From Sminthopsis crassicaudata (Eukaryota), in NCBI RefSeq assembly GCF_048593235.1, contig NC_133617.1, positions 181,248,937-181,312,936 of the forward strand: 64,000 nt of DNA, read 5' to 3'. This document shows, one piece after another, positions 38,350 through 51,149 of the stretch (its first letter is position 1; each line of letters begins with the position of its first letter). The notes beneath the pieces are model-generated. The model was not told the DNA's origin and did no database searches. It worked only from the letters and a program-made list of their open reading frames with translations. Both the position numbers and the translations under genes were made by a program.

Positions 38350-39180
38350 GTAGTTCAGTTGTTTTTTAGTCATGTCCCAGTCTTCATAATACTATTTGGG
38401 ATTTTCTTGGCAAAGATACTATAGTAGTTTTCCATTTACTTCTCCAGCTCATTTTATTAGATAAGGAACTGAGGTTAAATGTCTTAGCCAGGGTCCTACA
38501 ACTAGTACGTGTTTGAGACTAGATTTGAACTCAGGAAAATGAGTCTTCCTGACTTCAGGTCCTGTATTCTATCCATTGTACCACGTATGTGCCCTTTACC
38601 TGTGGTATCCAATACCAGGTCTCCTTAAAGCATTATATTATCTTTATTGAGTGTTCATTGTTTTTCCTGAAAACTTCAAACTTTTTAGCCTATTTTTAAG
38701 GTTTATACCTTTATAACATATCTTTTTAAGGCCCAATCTAAACTTATTAACCACTACACTTCCTCTAATTCTCCCAGCCAGGTCCCACAAATATGCTGTT
38801 CTTAGGTCTGTACTTTCACTCTGGTTCTTCTTTTGTTTGTAATTCCTCTCTTCTCCAACTTACCCACTTTTTATCTTTTCTTCAAGGCTGAGCTTAAAGT
38901 TCCACCTCTCATTAATTTTTGTAATTTAGAGTTCTGTTGTTTTTTAACTCTTTCCTATCACTGTTGTTGTTCAGCTGTGTCCAACTCCTCATGATCCCAT
39001 TTGGGTTTTCTTGATAAAGATACTGGAGTGATTTGTCATTTCTTCTCCAGGCCACTTTACAGATGAGGAACTGAGACAAACAGGGCTAAGCAACTTGTCC
39101 AGAATCACATAGCTAGTGAGTATCTGAGGCCATACTTGAACTTGCCAGCTTCAGCTCTCTACCATATCACCTAGTTGCTC
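38350..39180 (-). mobile_element. Two Mar1-type SINEs (about 38350-38595 and 38960-39180)
   Basis: ttttcttggcaaagatact tail plus CORE. Confidence 0.8.
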
Positions 39181-41659
39181 CATACTGGACATCTTCAAAA
39201 GGATGCTAACTGGTGTAGGATATTATGCAGGGAAATGTTAAACCAAATGGCCTTTGGGCATCCATAAGTGCTGAAATATTATGACTTTATGAAAATTCCT
39301 TCCTTAAACATGAATCTTATGTGGGTGTTTTTTGAGGGGGAAAGTGCTGTTTTCATCAATAATAATTCCATTGAATTAAAAATATATTCTTTTAAATCAA
39401 CATTTATATAGTATTTAGAGACTTATCTTGTGGGAAACACTATATTAACCTAGGATCTACTAATATGCTTGAAGTAAGTTTTTTCTAGTTGCAAAATAGG
39501 AATGAGCCTTTCCCTTAGAAAAATCCTTTGAGCCTATTTAAGTGCTTGGAAATTCTTTACCTTTGGTAATAGGAACTACTTAATTCATTCTAACAGTTAA
39601 TGTTAATCAATTAATTAATTAAATAAATCCTGGAAATCCAATATTCTTCCAGTGGCAGCTCAGCACATTTGGCTGTAAATGAGGGAATACTTCATTATCT
39701 AAATCAGTATTTGGTGAACCAAAGAAAAGTCCCAAGGGGAAGGAGGAGTTTCTAAGTAGGCTGCTTCATGTTTTTTTTTTTTTTTTTAAATGTTCCATTG
39801 CATATCTGTTTTGTTACATGTTTTCCAATTACCTCAATCTGATTGGACAGTTCTTGAGAGTGTTTGGCCAAGATTTAATTCTTTATATAAAAACAAACAA
39901 GCACATCTATCTTATTAGTTTGCAAATTTCCTTTCTTCTTTAATAAATCATGAAATGTGTACTAAAGAATTGTTTTAAAATAAATTTCTTTATGATTAAT
40001 TACCAGCAAATGTTCTATTTTTATGCCAAAACAGGTGAACTAGCTGTGTTATGAGAGGGAGAACTTGATGGTCAGATGATTGTAAAGTTAGGTAGATTTG
40101 GGACAGGTTCAATCACTATAGATAGAGGGAAATCCTTAATGGCCCCAAGAGTCCAATTGTTGCTCTGTGCTATTTATAATTTTAATAATGAACTTGAATG
40201 AAGCCATAGAAACCATATTGTTATTTTCTGAATTCAGGAAGTTGGGAAAGGATAGATAGATAAGTTAAGTAACAGAATATTCATAGAAAAGACTTCATAA
40301 TATCATAAGGACAAGTTGAATTTTATAAGATGGATCTTAACAATGCTAAATAGAAAGTTACAGAATAAAAGACTTTTTCAGTCTTTTATTAAAAAAAACT
40401 TTTTATTAAAAAAACTAAGTTTTTTTTTTCAATTTCAACTAGGAATCCCCTCTCTAACATCCCTAGCAAGTGATCATACATCATAAGGATCATACATACA
40501 TTATCTACAAAATAAATTGTGATAATAGAGGGTGGGGGAGGCATAATCAATAGAATGTTTGGGGATTTTAGTGTAGTGCAAGCTTAAAGTGAATCAATAA
40601 CATGACATGGGAACCAAAAAAAAAAAAAAAAAAGCTAATGTAAGCTTTAGACAGTGTCAGTTAGGGACATAAGGACCAAGGGTCTAAATAAATCACTTAT
40701 CTTTTCTGGGCTTAATATGATGAGAAACTTCCCAAGAGCTAGAAGGGTCCCCCCAAAAAACTGAATGGCTGCTTGTAAGGGATAGGAAGCGATTCTTCTT
40801 AAAGTAAAGATTTTTAGCTCTGGGCTCCTTTCCAATTCTAAGACTCTGTAATCCTGTGAATAATTTGGTAAAGTTACTACTAACCTTTTGATTTTTCTGT
40901 ATCTTATCTATATGTAAACAGCCATGACCCAGTTTTTTTTTTTCATTTTATGAAATCAATTTTTGGAAACTGTGTCATAAAACAGATGGTTGTCAAGTGG
41001 GTAGTGTTTCCCTAGGAACAGGAATAGGAATAATGTTATAATTGGGTGTTACGTTCCTAAATGAGAACTTGGCTTCCAAATAGATCATAGATATGACCTC
41101 CAGTATTTGATAAAAACAAATATATGTTATACTTAAAAATAATAAAATATTCTGTCTCATAAAGTGAATAATACTTATTGATTACATAAAGATTTCTGAT
41201 GTAATATATGTTGCTTTTACAGCACTTTAAAAAGTACATCAGTGTTTTAGATTTGACCTAAAACTATTATGCTAGCTGTAACCATTAATGAAGCATTAAA
41301 TAATATTTTTATTAGCTTTCCTAAAACTTAGAAGGGCATTTTGATGACCCATGTCTCTTTAAAAAGCTATTTAATAAACTTTGAGCTGATGTCTTATTTA
41401 TCTCCCCATAATTTTTCCTCTAGCAAATGGAGGCTTGAAAAATTCCTTCACTGAGTTTATCTCTGCTTCAGAACTATGTCCCATTCAGGAGAGAGGAAGA
41501 AGGTGAGCTTGCACTTCCCTCAGGCCTGTTCTGTCAGGGAGATTAAATAGGACATGCTATAAACACTTAACTATTTCAAATCAATTAACCAACCAACAAG
41601 TTTTTATTAAGGGCCTACTCTGAATTAGATACTCTGCTAAGTGCTAGAGATATTTGTCT

Positions 41660-41900
41660 TGTTGCATATTGTCTGACTTTTCATCATCCCATTTGTAGTT
41701 TTCTTGGCAAAGATACTGGAGTGGTTGGCCATTTCCTTCTCTAACCCATTTTGCAGATAAGGAAGTGGGGCAGCAAACAGGGTTAAATACTACCTCAGAG
41801 TCACACAATAAATTATCTGAAGTGAGATTTGAACTCATGAAATTGAAACTTTCTGATTCCAAAATCAGTACTGTATCTAGTGTACCACCTAGCTGACCCC
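41660..41900 (-). mobile_element. Mar1-type SINE nested in an L2 tail
   Basis: ttttcttggcaaagatactggagtggttggccatttcc; L2 3' motifs on both sides. Confidence 0.8.
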
Positions 41901-43139
41901 TGCTAGAGATAAACAGATAAAAATCAAAACAGTTTTCATTCTCAAGGGATTTACATTCTATTGAATCTGGAGTTTTTTGTGTGGGGGATGGAGAAGGTGG
42001 ATACACTTTCCACTGGTGCCCATCTCAAAACTTTGTTACTTAAGTGGATGATCTCTGAGAGTTGTTGTGGCTAAAAACCCCTCATCATTTGAACTCAACC
42101 TGGAACAGTGAGATTCAAAATTTATCTAGCTGATCTTTTGGGCAACAGATATTCATTTCTCCATCCTTAAACTCTTTCCAGGTCAGTAGGACCTAGGAAA
42201 GGTTGGATTTTACTGATAAAACCTTGAGAACCCAAAGACCCTTCTACACCACCATGAAATAGAATTGTTTTGGATGATAGCACATGAAACAGGTCAGGAA
42301 AAGTTCTTGAAGCAATCAACCCTGGTGAAATAATGCTTTATCTCATGCAATATGTCTATTCAAAACAATATTTTCTCTTGTTGCTAAGGCATATTGGTCT
42401 ATATGCTTCTTTGTTTCTTGTCTTTCTCTGTGTCTGGACAGCAACTTAGTTATTTTTTTCAAAGCAAGTGTTTCAGCTGAAATGAAGAGACTGAGGAAAC
42501 AGGTCATATGGGACAATACTATCATTCCTCTTGAAATTTTGCTAGCAGTTTAAAGCACTACTCACTTTCTTCAAAAGCATATAAACTAAATTATTATCAT
42601 TGGCCCCACATTTAAGAATGTCTTTAATAGAATTGCTAAACATCCAAGTAGATGATTATTTCTCACCTAGCTCCTCTGGCTTTGGGATTTCTCTGACTTT
42701 TCTACCCTTTCTCTTCCTTTTCCCCTTTTCAGTTTTCTTTTGTGTTTTATCCCCCAGATTTAGATTGTCTTGAGGGGAGGGATTGGGTTTTTTAAATTTT
42801 TTTTTTTTTTTGTATTTTGTATTCCCAGAGCTTAGCGCAGTGCCTGGTACTTAGTAAATGTTTATTAATATCAATGAACATTTTTATTAAGCAAGCTCTG
42901 TTACATGAATGAATGAATGAATGAATGATGAATGAAGAAAGCATTTATTAAGTATTTACTATATGCAAAATACTGTATTAAATACTAAAGATACAAATAG
43001 AAAAGTCAGTGTGTCTGCTCTTAGGAAGCTCATGTTCTAAAGAGGAAGACCACATGTATGGGAGATTTCAACTACAAGTCAGATGGAAAGCTACAATGAT
43101 CTTTAGGGTCCAAAGGCAGCAAAGTATATGATAATGCCT

Positions 43140-43300
43140 CTTTTAAAATATCATTTCTACTGATAAAATTCAGTCTCTAATGGTGAACCATTTGATAATG
43201 ACAAGAACTTTCTTTTCTGGATTTTTAGTAGCTATGGCTGAAGTATCTGCAGGAGCACCTGCCAGGCTACATCTCCATAGGGGTTGTTTCCCAGGATGAT
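43140..43300 (-). pseudogene. YBX3: Processed, decayed YBX3 N-terminal/cold-shock domain fragment
   Basis: Minus strand GNNPYGDVA/(1-nt shift)AGAPADTSAIATKNPEKKVL-[15-nt deletion]-VIIKWFTIRD*/(shift)FISRND vs YBX3 [11 protein letters not shown]...[32 protein letters not shown]. Confidence 0.8.
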
Positions 43301-43520
43301 GTCAGAGGCCTGGAAACATGGCTATTTTCAAGGTTCTTGAATTCAGAGTTATGAAATATCCTCCATCAAGGTCTGTGCAGAGATAGTGGCTTGACTTGCC
43401 TGGCACTTGTTGCCTCCTGTCTCTCCCCCTAGGGACCTTGCTGCTTTAGCTAGGCTGACTTGCCTACCTTGTATGTGGGATGGCTGGTCCCTTCTCCACA
43501 GGAGTTCCTGCTTCCTAGAT

Positions 43521-43624
43521 CAGGGCTTCTTAAACTTTTCCCATGCAAGACCTCTTCTTGCCTGAGAAAAAGTCATGATTTTGCCACCCTATAGGGGTTT
43601 TGACTCACAATTTAAGAAGTTTTG
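43521..43624. mobile_element. 104-bp hAT MITE
   Basis: TIRs cagggcttcttaaact / atttaagaagttttg; 8-bp TSD tcctagat/ccctagat (7/8 match). Confidence 0.8.
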
Positions 43625-45924
43625 CCCTAGATGATGGCTGGTCTAGAAGTAAAGGCCAGAGGTCTAGGGGAGCTACCATTTCCAGGACTCCTGTGTCTGT
43701 CTCCCTCTATGCCAGGAATTGTCCTGGAAGCTGGGGATATAAAGACAGAAATGAAACAGCCCCCTCCTAAAAGAAGTTTTATTTTTTATTGAGGGAAATG
43801 ATGTGTACTGATATAAGCATAGGCAAAAAATATATACATAAGATGGTATCCTAATTATTCATCATTACCTTCCTATGTTTACACATTGATGGAAACTGTT
43901 CAAGACTGGATTAATGGGAAATATGTTTAGAAGAATTGCACATGTTTAACTTGTATTGGATTACTTGCTCTTTATGGGAGGGGAAAGGTGGAGAGGAAGG
44001 AATATCAGTAATATTAGAGACAAAGGAAACTGCCCAAATTACATTTTAAAAGTAGGGTACATTTTTAATTGCTTTACTTTATCTGTCCACTTTGTATCAG
44101 CCAGTGTTAGAATTTGGAAATAAAAAGACAAATAGAAATTGCCCATCACCTCAAGGAGATTAAGTATTATAGTATTTCACTAACATAATTATGAGTAATT
44201 CCAAAGTGAGTCATGATCTTATCATTAATTGAAAAACAAAATCCCAACGCTCAATCATAAGGGAAGCATAGAGAAATGAAGCATATTTACCAGAAAGAAT
44301 CTTTCTGGAAGTAGCTGAACAAGGTCTATCTATTGCTTCTAGACTTGTGGGGTATTTTAAGGAGCATGGGACAGATTAAATAGAATGTCAAATTCCAGGC
44401 AATAGAAAGCTGAGTGAACAATTTATCACAATGACCCTCCCCCCAAAAATGCTTTTTTTGAAATGATTCTTCTGTGCTTTCGTTTCCTAACTTGATTCCT
44501 TAGTTTTTGATCTTTGAATTTCCTTTCTGGCAATACTGCCTAACATCTCCCATGCTTTGGCATTTGATCTCCTGGTAGCTGCCAGATATATTAGTAGGTA
44601 TCTGAGGCAAAGAGAAGGATTTTTTTGAGGGTAGTATAGAGGACAATCTAATGGTGGGTGCAATGGGTACAGATTTGGCCCTTTCCCAAAGAATGGATAC
44701 CCTTCAAGGGGAAAGGGGTCATGGGGAAGGCAGTTTAGTGATGGGGCTGGGTGAGGGAAAAAAGTCATGCAGTCTGACAGAAGAGGGAGAGGGAAAATAC
44801 TGTTCCCTCCTCCTCCAGCCTTTCCAAGGAGAAGGCATGTTTAGAGAGTATGTTGTCTGCCCTAATTACACTTCTGGTCATAATCCAGCTTTGAACTAGA
44901 TCATGATCTCATGTGCCCAGCAATCTTGTGCCAGATACCTCTGGCTACAGTTGACAGTAATATCTCGGTGTAGCTTCCCTTGCAATCTGACCCCAAGCAA
45001 ACTGTGAAGCTGACATAGTTTGTCTAAAAGGCTCTGCCCTCTTCTTTGTGTACCCCTTTTCACCTTTTAGCTTTCTTTCCTTGCCCAGAAATTCAGTGCT
45101 TTAGTGTACACCTTCCCTATCAGATGGATAATAAAGCTGATGAGTCACAAACATCTTACTGTGAATTAGTTTAATGTGCTCCATTCAGGAATAGTTTCAT
45201 GTTAAGAAAAGATCATAGGAAAAGGAACCCAGAGAAATGAAGCTTTAATACTGCAACTTCAGCCCCTGCAACATGTGGGTGGAGATATTTTCAGGCAAGA
45301 GAGCCTTTCTCCAGCCCTCATTACTCAACAGAAACAAACATAGACTCTGCCTGTACCTAAGGCTGACACCACAGAAGTCTGATATTTTTATTTCTATCGC
45401 TGAACATTCCCAAGCTGTCAAATTCCTAGTGCTTTGAAAAATGTCCACAAGAGACAAGAGATGTGCATTTTAAGTAGATCAGACCACATAACGAAGAAGA
45501 CAAGCAAATGGTATCAAATCCTTCCCTGAGTACTAGTTACGGAAACAGCCTCGGCAGGTGCTGAGGACTCCTGCAGATAGGTTTTGTTTGATTGTAGGGT
45601 TGGAAATGGAGTCTCTTTGCTCATAATGAGTATTTGCATAACCTTTGAACTTGTCTATGTCTATGGCAATGTTGATCTGGTTCATAAAGGTGGAGCTAGA
45701 AGGAGCTGGTTTATCCCTCTCTTCCTAGATTTTATAGATAAAGAAACTAAGACCCAGGGAGGTTAAACAAATTTCCAAAAGTCACAGAAGTACTAAATGT
45801 CAAAAGGCAAAGTTTATACCCCAGTATTTTGATTCTAGAAAAATGTTATTTTTATTGTGTGCTATGATACCTCTCTCTCTTCTGTAAGATGATTGTTAAA
45901 TTAACAAAGTCTAAAACTTCTTGC

Positions 45925-46045
45925 TGAATACCTCTTCTCTCCGACCCTTCTCCCTCATTCCATCTTTCCCCCTCTTTTCTTCCCCCCTTTCCCCTCCCTA
46001 TGTCCTTGTCCTCCTTTCTCCCCTTCTCATTTCCCCTTCCCCTCG
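45925..46045. repeat. Polypyrimidine (CT-rich) tract
   Basis: About 120 bp of almost pure C/T. Confidence 0.9.
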
Positions 46046-47989
46046 ATTATATTGAATTACAAAATTTATTATTACAAAATTCCTGCAGATAATGAAAATT
46101 GTATATGGACTTAATCTTTTTGATTTAAATAAAATCTGTGAAAACTAGCCATTTAAAATCTTTAGCTTATTTTAGTAAATAATGGCTGATTTTTGAAAGA
46201 TAAGAGAAACTATAAGGAGTTAATTGGTGGTGATTTAATGATAAAATATTAGTTTCTTTGAGTAAAAAAAGTTCCTAAACAACTAGGTAATTGCTCTGTT
46301 TATTATTATTTTGCTTATTATTTCTTCTTATTCATCATTTGTGCGATCATTAATAATAACAATAAATATTAAAATGATAAAGTAAACTTGTTTCTTCTGG
46401 ATAGTTAGAAATTGGTTCCTGAAAAAGATTAAGATTTTATAATAGATGCTCAAAATTTTTCTGACATACTGAACATTTAATTTTACCTCTTGCTTTGAAA
46501 AATCTTATAGTTGTTAGCAGGTATCAAATATCTAAAAAGGTATTATATTGTTTGCAGACAGAGAAGTCATTATCAGTAAAACACATAAAGGGAAATATGA
46601 TTTAATGGTACATGAAGAGAAAATAATAGAACTAGAATTTTAAATGGCATGTACTGTAGGTGGAAAATGAGAGAACAGTTTGCCTTGAAACAATGTTAAA
46701 TTATAAATGCTAACCACTATTATTCTCTCTGTGGGAAGGAGAGAGGATTAAAAAAAACCAAAAAAACAAAAAAACAAAGCATTAAGTCTGATTTGCCTAG
46801 ATTTGATCTATTCGACCTTATTTTTTTCCTGAAAAGAAAGATATAGAGATCAAGAAAGTTTTAAAGAAAAATAAATATTTTGATTAGGATTCATCTCCTG
46901 AAGTCAATTAAAATGACATTGCTTGATTTGGAGACCTGATAATAAATAATAGTTAATTCTTTTTTGAATGAGTAAATGAATAAAGCACAGAAATTATTTG
47001 ACATTTTGATTCACCAACATTATCTTCATTTTTCGTGCATTTCAATTAAAATTATTCTTCATTTATCTATATTTATTACTCATTCTTCTATATAGTCTTT
47101 CTTGTTACTTCATCTAGTCATTCTACTTCTTTCGCTCTAAAGGAAGAGCTTCTAAGAGGCTCTGATGACCCCTTTGAAAAGTGTCATATCTGTCTTTGAT
47201 TCAATCACAAACAGTCTCTGTTGGAAGATTTTTTTCTTAACTTGGCTATAATCATTACTCACCTTCTGACTATAATAATTACCTATAAGCACTAGGCTGC
47301 CCACAACAAGCAGACCCTATAATAGACTAATTTCTTCCTCAGGACTAGTTTTTACCAGCTTTGTTCATAAATATTACATATGATCATTTCAGAGACAAAA
47401 GGATTTAAATCAGCATATAACCTGGTACAGAGGCTGGCATTGGTGGCATCTGCATAAGGGGCATTAAATAAGGAGAGGTATATGATGTAGATTTTAATGA
47501 TAAGCTATAGGGAAACAACAGTGATGAGAGATTTTAGTCTTGTATGTCTAAAAATTCTCAGGTACCTTTGGGAATGGCAATAAGACAAGTTAACATTTCT
47601 TTTGTCTTGTACCCTTGATTTTCCCCTTCCCCACCCCCCAAAAATCAAACCTTACCAGCTTTCTGGACCTTCTTTTTTTAAACTTCCATTAAAATTTTTT
47701 TTTCTTTCCCCAGTTATATCTAAAGACAATTTTTAATATTCATTTAAAAAAAATTTGCGTTCCAAATTTTTTCTCTCCTTCCTTCCCCTCCCCTCCTCCC
47801 TGAAACAGTCAGCAGTTTGAAACAGGTTATACATATTTGTGATTCTTAGTTTTGAGATGTCTTTTTAAATTGCAAATGGTTGATACACTCACTGCATGAG
47901 TGTGCTCGATTTTAAACTAGAGTTCATGAATTCCAATCCTGGCTCTACTACTTTTATAGTCTTGAGTTTCTTCATTTCTAAAATGAGAA

Positions 47990-48525
47990 AGACAGGATGA
48001 TTTCAGAAAGGCCCAGAGACACATGAACTGATGCTGAATGAAATGAGCAGGACCAGGAGATCATTATATACTTCAACAACAATATTATATGATGATCAAT
48101 TCTGATGGACGTGGCTCTTTTCAACAATGAGATGAACCAAATCAATTCCAATAGAGCAGTAATGAATTGAACCAGCTACACCCAGTGAAAGAACTCTGGG
48201 AGATGACTATGAACCACTACATAGAATTCTCAATCCTTCTATTTTTGTCTGTCTGTATTTTTTATTTCCTTCACAGGTTAATTGTACACTATTTCAAACT
48301 CCAATTCTTTTTGTACAGCAAAATAACTATTTGGACATGTATACATATATTGTATTTAACTTATATTTTAACATATTTAACATGTATTGGTCAACCTGCC
48401 ATCTGGGGGAGGAGGGAAGGAGCGGAAAAATTAGAATAAAAGGTTTTGCAATTGTCAATGCTGAAAAATTACCCATGCATATATCTGGTAAATAAAAAGC
48501 TATAATAAAAAATAAATAAATAAAA
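47990..48525 (+). mobile_element. 5'-truncated L1 inserted in a MIR
   Basis: caggatgatttcagaaagg..3' UTR..aataaataaataaa; MIR halves on both sides. Confidence 0.9.
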
Positions 48526-49035
48526 CAAGAAGAAGTTGGATAAGATGGCCTCTAAATTTGTGATCTTTTTGGCTATAAACCCCCTTCTAGTTCTGAATCC
48601 GTGTTCTTATCTACAAAGTCCAAATCCCTTAATTTAGTCTATTTCTAGATTTGGATTTGTTAGCAATACATTCTTGGCTTTGACCTTCACTAGACCTTCT
48701 TTGGAATTTGCCCTTCCAATGATACTTAAATAGAGGAAGGTTCAGTCAAATAATCATTTATTAATGATTAATGGCCAAATTAAGCATTTTAAAATGTCAG
48801 ACATTGTGTTACTCACAAAAGATACAAAGACAAAATGAAATAGTTCCTACCCTCAAATAACTTACATTCTTTTGAAAGAGACAATATGGGCATATCTATA
48901 TGCCAAATGTATACAAAATAAGTGCAAGGTAATTGTGGAGTAGATACCAGTAGCTTAGAGGAGGTTGTGGATCACAAAAGATCTCAAGAAGAAGGTAACC
49001 TTTGGAGTTGATCTTCGAAGGAAACTAGGAATTTT

Positions 49036-49803
49036 TTTTAGCTTCTTTTTTTATTAAAGCTTTTTATTTTCAAAACATATGCATAGGGGCAGCTAGGTGG
49101 CGCAGTGGATAGAGCACCAGCCCTGAATTCAGGAGGACCTGAGTTCAAATATGATCTCAGACACTTAACACTTCCTAGCTGTGTGATCCTGGGCAAGTCA
49201 CTTAACCCCAGCCTCAGGAAAAAACAAAACAAAACAAAAAACATATGCATAGATAATTTTCCAATATTAACCCTTGCAAAACCTTGTGCTCCAATTTCTC
49301 CCCTTTCCCCCACCCTCTCTCCAGATGACAAGTAATCCAATATAAGTTAAACGTGGTAGAAATCCAATATATGCATACATATTTATACAATTATCTTGCT
49401 GCACAAGAAAAATCAAATCAAACAGGAAAAAAATAAGAAAGAAAAAAAAATGCAAGCAAATAAAAGCAAAATGAGTAAAAATACTATGCTGTAAATCATA
49501 CTCAGTTCCCATAGTCCTCTCTATGGGTATAGATGGCTCTCTTGATCACAAGATCATTGGAACTGGTCTGAATCATCTCATTGTTGAAGAGAGCTCTGTC
49601 CATCAGAATTGATCATTGTATAATCTTCTTGTAGCTTTGAACAATGATCTCCTGATTCTGCTCATTTCACTCAGGATCAGTTCAAGTCTCTCCAGGCCTC
49701 TCTGAAATCATCCTGCTGATCGTTACTAATAGAACAATAATGTTTCATAACATTCAAATGCCATGACTTATTCAGCCATTCTCCAATTAAAGGGCATCCA
49801 CTC
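49036..49803 (-). mobile_element. 5'-truncated L1 inserted in L2
   Basis: Perfect 17-bp TSD aggaaactaggaatttt (49019-49035 and 49804-49820), TTTT/AA target; L2 sequence on both flanks. Confidence 0.95.
49087..49237 (+). mobile_element. WSINE1-type SINE inside the L1 3' UTR
   Basis: 15-bp TSD aaaacatatgcatag (49072-49086 and 49238-49252), (aaaac)n tail. Confidence 0.95.
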
Positions 49804-51149
49804 AGGAAACTAGGAATTTTAAGAGATATGAGTGAGTGTGCAAAATTCAGAAATGGAAGATATAGAATTATGTGAAGAACAGAAAGAATATCAGTTTAGC
49901 TGGATAATATGGATAATAACTGGAAAGGTAGGTTGGAGCTAGGTTGTAAAGAGCTTTAAATACCAAAGGAGTTTTTATTTCATCCTAGAGAGCCAATGGA
50001 ATTTGAACAGTGCTATCAATCTCACTCTGCTACAGTCCTTATTTATTTTCTATCTACAACCTGCCCTAGGGTTAAGTTTTCATAATGTAATGTATATAAA
50101 CAAAGACAGAAATAGTTGTAGTGATGACACTAAGGGTAAATATGGGTTCCAGGAGGGACAAGGAGGATTGGAGAAGGATCAGAATGAAAGTATACAGGTA
50201 TCAGCATCAGGCAGGATCTGAACTCAGTACTAGGTCGCTTGACAAGGGCTGACCACAACAATTAGCAGGTTGATTGGGGTGGTCAGGGCAAGACAGTGAA
50301 AAAGATGGGCCAGATAGGAGCATGGCAATAAATTGAGATCAAGGGAGTCTAGAGTTGAAGCCAAAGATCTTAAATAACAACTAGAGTGTCCTCTAGAAGT
50401 TTTTTTTTTTTTTTTGTTTTGTTTTTTCCCTGGAGAATTTAGAGAGCCTTCTATCTACAACAACTTCAAAGCTTCCCTTGAGAGTCTTACCTCAGGGTGA
50501 TCATCTTATCTAGCAAAAGGACTCCATCCTGTCTAGATGGTCTCTCTTCCACTTAATGGTTGATGTCCTCTTTTTCCCTATCAGCATCAGAACACTGTGC
50601 TGCTTCCTTTAGATACAAGGAGAAATAGCCACAGGGCTTGATATATGGACTGATTTTGTTGGGTACCAAGGCTTCTCCTGTGATTCTCTTCTCCTCAGAG
50701 ACTGGGATGATGACATCTGAGTTTTCTGCACTGTCTCTGTGACCTACTGGACTTTGGATCCTGCTTGTATACTTTCTTGGATCTCACCTAAAATGACTGC
50801 TTTGGACCCAGACCTTTGCTTACCTAGATTCATAGAGAACCTGCTTGTTTTTCTCTATCTTGACTAACCTCCATTGATTTAAAAACCTTGTTTGCTCAGC
50901 CCATGTAACATTGCCCCAACAAATGTCCTTTCACAACAATGTCAGGAATGCATCATAAACAGCCCCTAGGACAGCATCACTCTGTAACATTTGCTGATTA
51001 CCCAGGATATTCCCAAGGCATAACCAGCTTGTAAGTTGTGAACAAGAACTATTTCAATGTTAACCCTGACCATCTGCTAGAAGCTTCCTACTTAACTGAA
51101 TTTTTGCTCCTAGTAACTCTTACCAAGGTTTGTGCCATTCAATCAATTA

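Larger units (their letters stand above)
42905..43735 (-). mobile_element. Composite retroposon copy B: YBX3 mRNA fragment + linker + L2 3' tail with (TTCA)n end
   Basis: (tgaa)n at about 42906-42935, antisense L2 terminus gcatttattaagtatttactatatg, linker shared with copy A, then YBX3-like region; 5' edge uncertain. Confidence 0.75.

Noticed and set aside
44487-45060. GA-rich block with two ORF-track entries, possibly an old LTR
   Set aside because: No termini, TSD or protein similarity could be established.
50003-50221. 72-aa ORF with a signal-peptide-like start
   Set aside because: Sits between L2 fragments; no splice context or homology.
50491-50509. 19-nt minus-strand microexon candidate (KMITL)
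   Set aside because: Good splice signals, but the phase chain it allows gives no recognisable protein and the surroundings are repeat-like.
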